NCBI RefSeq assembly: GCF_000143415.4
Contig: NW_003314282.1
Coordinates: 1,321,374 to 1,385,373, forward strand
Source of the DNA: Selaginella moellendorffii
Lineage: Eukaryota > Plantae > Lycopodiophyta
Length of the DNA: 64,000 nucleotides
Reading direction: 5' to 3'
Made by a program: the position numbers and the translations under genes. Numbering within the stretch: position 1 is the first letter of the stretch; every line of letters starts with the position of its first letter. Shown one piece after another: positions 12,433 through 24,316 of the stretch. Under the pieces are notes generated by a model. That model was not told the origin of the DNA and did no database searches. It worked only from the letters and a program-made list of their open reading frames with translations.

Positions 12433-13571
12433 ATGAGAAATCTAGAGTTTTTTTTCTTGCTCTCGCTGATCGTCGTGTCGGAAGCAGTGACTCAATGCAA
12501 CACCACGATCCCTCTAACCGCGGAAGAACTCGCTGCCTCAGCTCCATCGCCATCGTTCTCCTCCTCTGCCAGCAGCGATCAGTCGCCAGGATCCGGAAGC
12601 ACAGCTCCCGGACAATCCGGAAGCACCGTTCCCGCGCAATCCGGAAGCACAGCTCCTGGAGGCACAGCTCTCACTCCCCCACATCCTCTTTTGGTTCCTC
12701 GCCCCGGCGATCCAAAGCCGAATCCCATTCCGCCCAAGCCAAGATCGTCATCGCCCACGACTCCATCGAGCTCCGACGCAGCAGTGGCGCTGTCGTCCGG
12801 GCAGGAGGATGTGAGCTTACTCGCCCCAGCGCGAGCTCCAGAGGGATCTTCATCGTTTCCCGCGAAAGCTAGCGCTCCAGCTCCTGGATCATCGACCCAG
12901 CCCAAGGAAGAACTCTCCACCACCACCGCAAAAGGAGTTCCTCCTCTTCTTCCATCATCTTCCACTTTCGCTCCTCTTTCTCCTCCTCCAGCTTTTTCTC
13001 TTCCATCGCGTAAATTCGCCCCTTCTCCGGCTGGAACTCCTGATCCCGAGGAAGAAGTTCCTGTTACAAGCAGTGGTGATCGCCACAAGCATGGCCACGG
13101 CCATCACTGCCGCCAAAGCAAGATCTTGATTCGCGGCCAAGTTCTATGCAAGAAGTGTGGCGATGATGGCAAAAGCAAGCCACTCTCCGGTAACTTCTTC
13201 CTCTTCCCTCATCATTTCACGTATGCATGGAAAATTCCTTCGCTCCAAGACGTTTCCAAGGATCAAAGATCTTTGGTGTTCTTCAGTGATCTAACTCTCC
13301 GAGATCATGCGCAGGGGTCACGGTGGCTGTGGATTGCTCGCACTCCAGCTTCGTCACCACCACGGACAAGCACGGCAAGTTTAAGATCCAGTTCCGGCAT
13401 CCACTTCGCGGTAGCATGGAGAATTGCGCGGCTTGGGTGGAACTCTTCACGCTGCCTTTCCAGTGCCAGAATCGCCACTCTCGCCTGGTACGCGGCACTC
13501 TAGCCTTTGATTCCACGGACCACAATGACGTGCTCGTGTATAGCGTGAACTCTCTCCTCATGGAATGCTAG
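12433..13571 (+). CDS. Chimeric arabinogalactan protein with C-terminal Ole e 1/PAC domain, AGP30/AGP31-like layout (intron 13190-13314)
   Basis: Signal peptide, S/P/A/T-rich region with GSTAPGQS repeats, HKHGHGHH, IRGQVLCKKC, spliced GVTVAVDC...TTDKHGKF. Confidence 0.85.
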
Positions 13572-13703
13572 AAGATCAAGTCCAACTGTCCATGGATCGA
13601 TCGATTATCAATAACAAGAATAAGAACGAGAAACTTACAAAAACTAGACCGATCCATTTGTAAAGATCCATGTTTTCTGGAAAGCTTGCCCGAGTAGATC
13701 GTG

Positions 13704-15566
13704 TCACTTCACGAGCTCGAAGTTGCAATCGATCTCGTTCTCCAGCTTGCGTATCACAAACTCCTCTCGCTCGCTTACCAGCGTCGTGACCACGCACTGC
13801 TCGTCTTCCAGCGGCTTGCGGGCTGTTCGTCCGGCGCGGTGGATGTACGCCACGGTGCTCGAAGGCAGCTCCAAGTTGTAGACGTGAGTGACTTCCGGGA
13901 CGTCGAGTCCTCTGGCAGCTAAGTCCGTCGCAAACAGTAGGAACTTGCTGTCTTTGAGCTTCTGCGTGGATGGTTTTAGAGATCGGAAGCAGCTGGTACA
14001 CAAACTTACCCGAGAGTTTGCAAATCTCGCGTGGATGTTCATGCACTCCTCCAGTATCAGCAGCTCCCACTGGCTTGCCTCCGACTCGGGCATTTCTTCC
14101 TTCTTATGCTCGAAGAAATCTAGCATTGCTCTTGTTCTGGGAACCAGCCCCTCTCTCTTCCCCTTTTCTGACTACAGCAGGAGCCTTAGTACGACAATAG
14201 CAAAGATGGTGACTTACTTGCTCATTGGCGAAAACAAACGCTGCTTTTGGAGCGTCGGCCATGATGGTCGCATGCAAAACACTAAGTTTGTCTTCGTTTC
14301 CACATATCTGTAGGCACAGAAAACAAGTTTGTAGAATTCATATTGTTAGGGAGAGCTTACCACATATCTGTGAGAAAGATTGGATGGCATTTTCACTTCT
14401 GGACGGACGTAGATATGTGCGATCTTGGGCTACAAAAGAAGAACAAAGCATTAATGGATTGAACTTCGAGTCGTGAAGACCTTACCTTGGTCCACTTGTT
14501 CTGGACGCAATCGTGGATAAACCGATTGTGTTGAGGCACAGTGGCACTGGCAAAGATGGTTTGCCGCTTTTCCGCAAAAGAATACTTGGTGAGAAGATTC
14601 GACACGAGAATTTGAGTTCCTTTGTGCACAGCCGTATCTACCTGTGCTGCAACCAAGGAAGACACTGCTTAAACACATTCCCATTCATCGATTAATTTTA
14701 TTCTACCTCATCGACCACAATTGTGGACACGGCGTTTAGCTTCAAGTTTCCAGTCTCGATCATCCTGCAAACTGTGAAGAGCGTCCCAATTACTAGCTGA
14801 GGGGGAGCAGCTCTCAGCCACTTCTTTTGCCTGCTTGAGGTTCCACCGTCGAGTAAAGTCATGACGCTCACTGACGTCCGCTTTGTGGTGTCTATCTCAT
14901 CAGTTTCTTCCAGGACTACACCACCACCAAGCAATCTAGCAACTTGAGCCACCTAAAAGAAAGGATAAGAAACATCAAGTAAAATCACTTTCCTTACCTG
15001 AATACCAAGTTCTCTAGTGGGAACCACGACAATAGCTTGTACTGCTGATCTCTGGCACGAGATCTTGCTCAATATCGGCAGCATATATGCTAGAGTTTTG
15101 CCGGAGCCTGTCTGCTGAAAGCTTAGTAGAAAGAAAAAAAACGGATTAAAGCAAGCATTGTACGCACCTGTGCGTGGAGAATACAATCCCGTCCCTCGAG
15201 TGCCACTGGAAGAGCCTCCATCTGGACTTGCGTTGGAAATCTAAGCCCAGCTTCTTCTGCTCTGGAAGAAGAAAAAATTAGAAATTCCATTTGAAACGCC
15301 CTCAGGGAAACAAACTACCTGTCCAAGACATGAGAAGGCACCTTGCTCCCACAGAGATCTCGCAATGTAGGCATCGCGTCTACTCCTCCAATCCCACAAA
15401 TTTCCTCTCGATCCATCAAAGCCCTGGCGCATTTTGCCCGCGCCGCCAAGGGCTTTCTCACCTGGAACGGCCGCGCAGGCCCGATAATTTGAGCTCCAGA
15501 TATCCTATCGCATCGATAGCGCCAATCGATGCCGATGGAATGCCGCCATGGATGCAAGCACTCCAT
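13704..15566 (-). CDS. RH58: DEAD-box RNA helicase 58-like (plastid), multi-exon
   Basis: Spliced motifs [44 protein letters not shown] and [11 protein letters not shown]-terminal TLRDLC..VP.HVL is typical of RH58. Confidence 0.88.
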
Positions 15567-15749
15567 TCCCGCCTCGCTAAAACCCTAATAAGCAAACTTA
15601 TCACTAAGGATATTCCTGGCATCATTTTGAACGTGAATATTCTTATAAGGTGCTTTGATTCGATTTTTACTCAACGATTACAAAAGTATTTCCCGGATCA
15701 CCCAGCCAAGCAATCCATGATTGATACATAGATTTCGGTGAGATTGGTG

Positions 15750-16541
15750 TCACAGATGCGAGGGATAGTAGCACGATCCATAGCCTAGTGCCAAAGAAGT
15801 AGAAATTTTAGTAGAATCGAAGGAAGGATCAAACCAAAACCCAGAAAAGAAGAAGAAGAAGAGATCTTACTTGGATCATGCGTGGTCACGGTGGCTAGAA
15901 ACGAGAAGTTGCAAGATCCATAGGCCTTGTTGTTCTTGAGGTAATAGTTATTGAAAGCGTAGGAAGCGTGGCCCCTGGAATTGTCTGGGAGGAAACAGGG
16001 CTGCCCGGCCATGATGTTGGCGCAATCCGCCTGTCCGGGGCCGCACACCCAATCCAGCGCGACCTGGAGCTGCGCGAGGCTCGCCCGGCGCTGCGCTATG
16101 CACCATGTCGGAGGAGGAGGCGCTCCAGCGTCCTGGAACAGAGCACCTGTGGACAAGAACCAAATCCACAACTGGGTCAGCGAGATCGGAGGTTTTGGAG
16201 GCTGGGGAGTGGATTCCAGGCAAGAATGCAAGTGCCCACAAGGCGATCGAGCAGGAATCCAGTCACCCAGAAGCGAATTTGCCCCCGATTGGCACACTGC
16301 CCACAAGCAAATATCTCGTGGCCAGATCAAGGCTTAGATGGCGAATTGGGGCGTCTATGCGGAAATGCAGCTGCCCAGCAGCTCTGATCGCGCGGATTCG
16401 CGATGGGAAAACCAGGAAATCAATCAATGCCGAGACCCAAGAAAGATCCTGATAGCTAGAATTCGGGGAGAATGTTTTGCGGTGTGTACCTGGTACCATT
16501 GCGAGCACAAGGAAGATCGTGGCTACTACCGCTGATCTCAT
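15750..16541 (-). CDS. Secreted X8 (CBM43) callose-binding domain protein, PDCB-like (exons 16541-16490, 16146-15871, 15784-15750)
   Basis: Signal-peptide exon spliced in frame to WCIA...LQVALDWVCG...DC..I..GQPCF.P...HASYAFN.YY...CNF, with last exon SYGSCYYPSHL*. Confidence 0.88.
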
Positions 16542-17552
16542 TCTACGCTTTTTTTTTTTTCTCTATCGTGCTTGCGAACTCCTCGCGGCCTGGAAATTAT
16601 AAGACCCTGTTCTTAAAGGCAAAAGCAAACAAAGTTGGGGGCAAAAGAGAGGGAAAAAAAGAGAGAGGAAACGAAGAACTTTGCGCCATGGGTTAAATTC
16701 TTGGCGGTGTATGTCGGTGTGTAGAAGCAGCAACAAAAGCATGGATTTGTTCTTCCTCCTCCATTTCCAATTTGGTAGCGAAATTTAGATTTAGGGCTTT
16801 CTTTCGTCCTCGTTTCGTTTGTCACTTTCTCACGATCAATTGAGAGCTGCGGAGCGCACAGAATTTGCGAGTCAAATCACTCCTTTTTTTGCTCTCCTGG
16901 CACAAATTTTATTCGGTGCTTCTCACATGGTTTCGGTGGGCCGCCGGACGAATATCCCCTCCCTCTAACAAATTTTAACGGAGTTTCTTGGCGCGCTCGC
17001 GAGAATTCTCGATGCCTTCTGCGATGCCGCGGAGCTTTGATGAAAATCACTGTAGTCTTTGTTGGAGTTTGCTAGCTGGAAGTCAATCAATCAAAATGGC
17101 CAAGAGATCTCAGCTGTAGCATCGCATCAGGCTTTAAAGGCACCGAATAGAAAAATCCGAGCTTGAGAATCAAGAGCAAAGAGAACCATAGCTTTTCCTA
17201 CCTGAAACAATTCTTTCTTACCGTAAGAATGAGAAGATGGCTGACATTCGAGAGCTTGAAAACCAGCTCAAATTCTTCCGGACGCCAAAAATTATGGAGC
17301 TAGCAGCACTGACACAACAATGTGTTAGATCTACCTATGAGAACATGGAAACTGGAAAGCTTACCAACAAAGGTTGACATTCCCTTTCCCTTTCCACGAT
17401 TATTTACGTAGTTTTTATTTTCTCACTGGTACCGACCGACCGATCTGACGCTTCGATGTCAGCTCGCAAAACTTTGCCCTGCTTTGGCAGAAAAAAAGTT
17501 CGATGTTAAGTACCAACGAGAAAAAGGAAAGCAAGTTTGAAAGCGCTTACGA

Positions 17553-18950
17553 TTAGGTTGTGAAGATTGTAACCAAAGAGATGATGATCACCAGCATTAC
17601 TCCGGTCACGTCCCGGTAACGCTTGAAACTTTGATCAGAGTGCTCGACGCCCGGTGGTCGAAAGGTCACGTTGCCAGAATCCAAAGCAGCTGGCTCCGAA
17701 GCTACAGCGGCGGATGGTTGCGGTCCCGAGATCGACAAGCTCCGCGGCGCTGGACAAGTTCGCCGGCACGGATGATCGCGCATCTCCCTCGAGAAACACC
17801 ACTTGCAGCTAGAGCAGCTCCTGTCACTGAAAGGAACGCAGGGCGATGTCTCGTAGCTCCCAGCCTTGCACCTCGCGCACGGCAAACAGATCTTCTCCTC
17901 GGGTCCGGCGCAGTCCTTGACGTCGGTGTTCATGAGATCGTACTGGTCGTGCTCGCAATCGGCCACGCAAAGTCCATCTTTCACTCGGATAGTTTTCGGA
18001 GCTCTGGCGCTTCCCCAGCACAAAAGTTGGCGCTCGCCCAGGGTCACCCCGCAAGTGTAGAAATCCCCTGCCGCTATCGTGGAGAACTTTAGATCCGATG
18101 GAACTTCCAGCTGACCGTGCTTGTTATCCCCCCAGCACACCACCTCGTGAGAATCGTCTCGGATCCCGCAAGAGTGGTCGATCCCGGCGGCTAGAGTCGC
18201 AAAGGAGAGACCCTTTGGAGGATCACACTGGCCGGACTCGTTGTTCCCCCAGCAAAGAGCCTCGCGGCTCGCGAGCAAAATGCCGCAGACGTGAGTTCTT
18301 CCAGCGAAGATCCGGAAGAACACCGAGTCGTGAGGAATCACCTCCGTGGTGTTGCCGGACTTGGAGATCTTCCCCCAGCACCTCGGCCGCCTCGTGGAAG
18401 CAACCAATGCGCACGAGAAGTAGTCCCCGGCAGTGATGGACACCATCTGAGAGGGGCGATCCGGGCGGCTGATCTGACCGAAATCGCTGGCGCCCCAGCA
18501 ATCGATCTGGCCTGGAGCGGTGGAGGAGGAATTGGACCGCACAGCGCAGGCGTGCCAACCGCCACAGCTGATCTCCGCGTAGCTGACGTTCTTGAATTCG
18601 TCCGGGACATCGCTGCCTGGCGATTGCCCCCAGCAGAGAGGAGACCGTGAATCCGCCCGGAGGCCGCAAGCGAAGTAGGCGCCCCCATTCATCGCCCAGA
18701 TCAGGGAATTCCCTGGCGGGGAGATGTTGCTGTCGATGACAAAGGTACCCCAGCAGAAAGGCTGCATTGTGCCAGCGCGGAGAACGCACAGCGCGAACGA
18801 GTTCTTGGCGTCAGTGAAGCTGCCGCGCATCGCCGCCAAGGTCGTCATGGCGCCAAGGGCCAGCGCCGTGTCGATCCCTAGCCCGAGCAGCAGCGCCAGC
18901 GCCAGCAAGCTCCCACAGATTTCCAGTGGCCTGCTACTGCAGCGCAGCAT
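17553..18950 (-). CDS. CRINKLY4-like ectodomain protein without kinase domain (receptor-like protein with hydrophobic C-terminus)
   Basis: Single ORF: signal peptide, crinkly repeats, TNFR-like CLPCARCKAGSYETSPC...SDRSC, Ser/Pro/Ala spacer, VTGVMLVIIISLVTIFTT*. No kinase motifs seen in 16.6-17.5 kb. Confidence 0.85.
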   Translation of the reverse strand: MLRCSSRPLEICGSLLALALLLGLGIDTALALGAMTTLAAMRGSFTDAKNSFALCVLRAGTMQPFCWGTFVIDSNISPPGNSLIWAMNGGAYFACGLRADSRSPLCWGQSPGSDVPDEFKNVSYAEISCGGWHACAVRSNSSSTAPGQIDCWGASDFGQISRPDRPSQMVSITAGDYFSCALVASTRRPRCWGKISKSGNTTEVIPHDSVFFRIFAGRTHVCGILLASREALCWGNNESGQCDPPKGLSFATLAAGIDHSCGIRDDSHEVVCWGDNKHGQLEVPSDLKFSTIAAGDFYTCGVTLGERQLLCWGSARAPKTIRVKDGLCVADCEHDQYDLMNTDVKDCAGPEEKICLPCARCKAGSYETSPCVPFSDRSCSSCKWCFSREMRDHPCRRTCPAPRSLSISGPQPSAAVASEPAALDSGNVTFRPPGVEHSDQSFKRYRDVTGVMLVIIISLVTIFTT

Positions 18951-19000
18951 TGTTGCCCTGATCAATCCAGAGCCTACCCTGGCGCTCCGAGCTCCATGAA

Positions 19001-19074
19001 GAACCCTAAACCATTTGCCCTAAATATTTTTCCTGGCGGGAATTTTAACTTTAAGAAGTGGCGGGAAATTCAAA
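19001..19074. promoter_or_regulatory. Telo-box-like element plus two E2F-type sites upstream of the CR4-like receptor-like protein gene
   Basis: AACCCTAA at about 19002, GGCGGGAATTTTAA at 19035-19048, GGCGGGAAATTCAAA at 19060-19074 (reverse strand contains TTTCCCGC). Confidence 0.55.
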
Positions 19075-19262
19075 TTTAAAATTTCACATCCTGTTTATTG
19101 TAATCATATACTCGGTGTCCATATCATACACTCGGTGGGCAAAAGGAAGGAAGCAGTCCCTGAAAAGAGTGAAACGATCAGACCAGAGAAATCCAAGAGA
19201 AAGGAAAGAGCAAACCTCCAGGAAGAATTTATAATCGAGAGAAAGGAGTACCGTAGCTCCTC

Positions 19263-22200
19263 TCAGCCAGTGTTTCGCATTCCAGCGGCGATTCCATTGA
19301 TGGTGATGAGCAGCGCGTCGCGGAGCTTCTGGTTGTTTTCGTCCTGGCGCAATCTTCGCAGCACCTCCACCTGGAGCATGTTCATGGGATTGAGATATGG
19401 AAGCCGGCTCTCGACCAGCCGCCGCAGCGTCTTGTTGTTCTCGATCAGCTTCTGGTGGCCGCTGAGCTCCTGGACGTACTTTGCGGTCGTGTGGAAGGCC
19501 TGGCGGAGCTCCTCTCCCAGGTCCTTGCGAGCCGCGGAGCTCACGAGCACGTCGTCGTAGTACTTGGCGATGGACGGGTCGGCCTTGGCGAGAACCATCT
19601 CGATGAGATCGATGGTCGACTGGAAGAACGGCCACTCCCTGTACATGGCCTGGAGCTCTTCCTTGTGGCCCTCGAGGAAAACTTTCTCCAGGCCTGCGCC
19701 GACGCCGAGCCAAGCGGGGAGGACGAATCTTGTCTGCGTCCACGCGAAGATCCACGGGATGGCTCTGAGCTGGGAGATGCCGCCCGCCTTTTTGCGTCGA
19801 GTTGGACGGCTTCCAATGTTGAGGTTGCCGAGCTCGGCCTCCGGAGTCGCCTCGTGGAAGTATGGGATGAAGTGCTCGTTCTTGAAAACGACGTCGCGGT
19901 AGTTTGTGCAGCTTGCGTCGGAGATTTCTTCCATGATCAGCCGCCAGTTCTCGGAGCGTGGAGGGTCTGGAGGATTGAGTGTGGCTAAAAGTACCGCAGT
20001 CGTGTAGATCTCGAGCTGCCGGACTGCTGTCTGCGGGACGCCAAACTTCGCCTGGACCATCTCTCCTTGTTCTGTCACTCTCAGAGATCCCTGATACATT
20101 TGAAGTAACAATCAGTGACCATGGATACTCACATGAAACACTTCATACCATGACAGATCCCGGAGGCTGAGATTGAATAGCGAGATAAGTAGGCCCGCCT
20201 CCACGTCCAACACTTCCACCTCGTCCATGAAAGAGTGTGATTTTGATGTTGTGCTCTTTACACGCAGCCACTACGTCCTCCTGTGCTTTGTATAGCTCCC
20301 AGGCTGCCGAAAACCTGCCGGCATCCTTGCCGGAGTCCGAGTAGCCAAGCATCACCTGCGGAGGAAGAGATTAATCCAAGCTCTCGTGACAAAAAGAAAA
20401 AGTATACCTCTTGATGTCCATCGTGATTTGCAATTAGGTGTGCTCGATACCAGTCAATCCGTAAAAGCTTGCGGATAACCGTACCGGCATCTCTTAAATC
20501 TTTTACGGTTTCGAAGAGGGGCACAACCCGGAGCCTGTTACAAACAGTGATGTAAGTGATAACCAACGTGTAACTGGGAAGCTTACGATCCGGTTGGACA
20601 AGGCCTGCCTTGCTCCCCGCTCACAATAAGTCGTGCTTCCTTTTGCAACAACTCCACAGCAAGAACGTCGCTAGCCTGTAGCAGAATTTCGGGAATTATT
20701 TATAAAAACCAAAAAGAAAAAAGAAAAAAGAAGACAAGACTGACCTCTGAAGCCATGGAGATAACATACGCTTCAAGAGAATTGCTTCCAAGTTCTGCAG
20801 CTACACGGAATGTATCCAAAACTTCTTGAACCTCTCTGGACACCTGAGACATTACGGCGGATTAAAAAATGTTTTGCTTTCAGGAAAAGAAACATTATAA
20901 AATAAAACCTCAATTGAAGGAGGAAGAAGCGGTCGTTTGCCTTTCAGCTCGGATATCAGGAAGTCCAGTTTCTTTTCTTCATCCCATTGACTATAAGTCC
21001 CCATTTCAAGAAACTCAGTTACTGCATTCAAGGCCTCTGTATGCTTATCGGCTTCCTATTAAACAAGTGTGAGCTTTTTTGGACTTCCAAGTGCATTTCA
21101 TTACCTGACGAAGGTCCAGCTTCATCAGCGTTAAACCAAACGTTGCCACTCTTCTAATCAGATCTGCCAGCTTTCCATCCGCTAAAACGTCGGAGCCGCA
21201 CGATTGCTGAAAAGAGCGCTGGATCAGCCGGCAACTTCAAAATATAACGCACATACCAGAGATTCGTGGCAAAGCAATAGTGGCTCCAAAAGCTGATCTG
21301 CTGATTCGTAGTACTGGCCGGGTTCGTAATCGGTTGGCAAACCATTCAGTATGTCCTCGAGGCGTCGTCTAGTGCTAAATATCTGTCCGAGTGACATGTG
21401 AGATAGTCAATCGACAAACAAACAAATCAAATATCCTTTTCACCTTATCCCTCACGTGTCCAAGAACAATTCGGTATGGAGAATCCATATGTCGAGCTTC
21501 CAAACCTGGATTTAAGAGTTTCTCAAGGCTGGAGCGAACTTCAGATCCGGGTTTTTTCCTTGGGGTGACGGGGGTTGGAGGGAGCCCGTTCTCTGTCTCC
21601 GTTTTCACAGCTCTAGGGGAGGATGTGGCCTCTTTGGACGTCAGAGCCTGTTATAAGGGAAGTTAATCTAGAGGCAAAGCAAACACAAAGATGTACCTGA
21701 TAAGTTTGTTGGTTGAACGGGAGTTTCAAAGACGGTAATTGAGCCTCTCCATCGACCTCTGGGCTTTTTGTTATTACGACAGCTTAGAAGTTTGGCATTA
21801 TAGTTACCAGTAGAAGCGCACATATCTGCTCCAGCTGGAAGGTGAACAGGAAGCGCAAAATTATGGTGCTCTGTGTGTCTTGCATGACTTCGATGGTGTT
21901 CTTCCGTCTGTCCATGCTCTTGAAGGAAACTACTCGTCAGTACTAAGAAAAATAGAAAACATATACCTTCCGAAAGAACTTGATAAGCCATACGAATAAG
22001 TTTTTCGTTGCCATTGCTCATTGAAAGTTCAAATTTTAAAGCATCAAGTTCTCGCAGATATAAATCTGCAGCAATCCACTTCGCTAATAGGCAGACATCT
22101 TTTGTCACCTGCAAAAAATCAGTCGGTTAGTTATGACGTCCAAGGGGCGAGACGTCAATCGAGTACCTTGGCAGTTACATTTGGGTTTCCGTCCCTGTCG

Positions 22201-23413
22201 CCACCCATCCAGGAGCCAAATTTTATGGGCGTGCAACAGAGAGGCAGTGGTTTACCAGTGTGCTAAAGAGTCAATCTTTTTAGTGTACAGAATCATCAAC
22301 CACTTATATGTACCTTTTTGAGAGCAGTGCTCACTCGTCTCAAATATTGCGGCACAGACTTCCATAACGACTGCTCAACTATATGCAAGCCTAAACTCAA
22401 GTAAAGAAACAATATCAGAACAATATTCCAAACTCGAGGCAATCGACCTGCACGAGCTTCGTCCACAGGAGTCGGTTTACGTCGTCTTAGCTCGTCTGTT
22501 TGCCACAGGGCTGTAATCTCTCTCACCTGTAAAGCAAGACATTGCCGATCAGTTCTTTCTACCAATAGAAAAACAGTTTACCAGATCCTCGTAAACTTGC
22601 TCTTTCTCTTCGTGCGTCAAATCCGGTCGATCATTCCTTTCCAGCAAATGCTGCGCAGATAGATAAGCATGAGCTTTTTTCAAAACAAAATATATTCTAA
22701 CCTCAATGCGGACATGCTTGTACTGTAGCGTACGCCTGTTGATTTGTGTGGGGTGCGCTGTTAGAACTATTTCAACCTCCTGGTCAGAGAAGACAGAAAA
22801 TCGTCACATCGCAGGAAACTTCACAACGAAAATGAATGACCTGCTTGCACACTGCCTCATACACTTCCTCACGAGAATAACCGGTTTGAATCAGCTTTTC
22901 GAAAACATCGTCGCAGGATTTGGACAGCACCGGCGTGGATCGGTTGCGACGCACCCTGCATTTAAGGTTGTTGACACCTTTTAGTGAGAAAAAGTGAAGG
23001 AAAGGAAAAAGCACAGCACGTACCGGTGGTGAGTCTCAGCTATGCCCATGAGATTGAGGTAATGGCTGAAAGCTCTGGTTAAAGGCACAGCCTCCTCCGA
23101 GCTCATGTTCTCCAGCTCGTCCCTCAATTTTCTGGAAAGCCATTCGGATGCGTCGTCCACCCCGGCAGCTCGCATGTTACAAGCACTCTATAAAATCCAA
23201 AAGCCACAGTGAGATATAAAGACAACACAAACGAATGGAGATAAGATAAGAACTCACCTGTGCCAGGACGCGAAGACGCTCCACCTTCTCGGTGAATTCG
23301 TGCCCCACCTCGCGTTGCAAGCAGTCATTGAGGAGATTTCCCAGGAGATGGCAGTCATCCTCGAAGGACTGGAACGAAATCTCCTCCGCAATATCGTCTG
23401 TGGTGTCGATCAT
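19263..23413 (-). CDS. PPC4: Bacterial-type phosphoenolpyruvate carboxylase (BTPC), 20 exons
   Basis: Starts [21 protein letters not shown] with no plant-type N-terminal phospho-Ser motif. Contains [37 protein letters not shown] and LRAIPW, and ends in RNTG*. All traced introns are GT-AG. Confidence 0.96.
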
Positions 23414-24316
23414 GATCGCTAGAGCCGGGCGCTGCCGCGACGGACAGATCTAGCGGATTACTGACCCTTACGAACCTATTCTCGCTCGGATCGGTGGCGA
23501 TGCCTTGCGAGCGATCGATATTTAAGCGCCCGGATGATGCCGCAAGAGCGCTGGAGCTAGCGCCGTCCCCAGAAATCCGACCTTTGGAAGAAAGAAGCTT
23601 AAAATTTCTCCCCTATACCCAGGGATATGCTCTAAAACCTACGGACACGTGGCCTTTGCCGAAGATGCCTTGGCATATCCATTGATGCTGTGCTAGATTC
23701 TATCTCGAAAATACAAAACATGACGTTAGATGCGAATCCATTAGCTGATAAGAGAACCATTAATATATTCCCACCTATTGGAACTCAATGTTACCTCCAC
23801 ATGGTGGAGGTGTACACGAAGAAGTCTTTGAAGTTGACATTACCGAAGGGAGTTCTATTGACCATGGACCATTGGCCATTTGGCCAAGCACAATTTTGGT
23901 ATATGCTTCTTCAACGGGATTTAGGGTTCTAAAGAATTGGGGGAAAGATCGCGTTGTTTTCTGGCGCTGGAGCCGCCGATCGAGGAGCGGCAACTATAAA
24001 GAAAATGTAAGTTCGTCTCGCCTTGCCTCGATTCGATCTAGATTTCTAATCTTTTTTACTCGGCGGGTCGGATCGATCGGCGAGCTTTTAAAAAAGAGAT
24101 GTGGCGCTTCTTTGCCGCATGTCGATTTCATCCTTCCTGACAGCATCCTTTGCGCCGCTGCGATGGCAGGCTTGACTCCACCAGGTAAAATCTTCCGAGA
24201 ATTGTCGTTCGTGAAAATTTCTTCCATGTGTACTTCACATTTTTCCAGGGAGCCTAGCCTGGATGGACGCATCGATAACAGCTTCTCAATAGCCTCCTTT
24301 GACTACGAAGAACTTT

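Noticed and set aside
23994-24272. Minus-strand ORF loosely resembling the RbfA C-terminus (..APHLFF..)
   Set aside because: No N-terminal RbfA motifs, and splice signals favour a plus-strand transcript.
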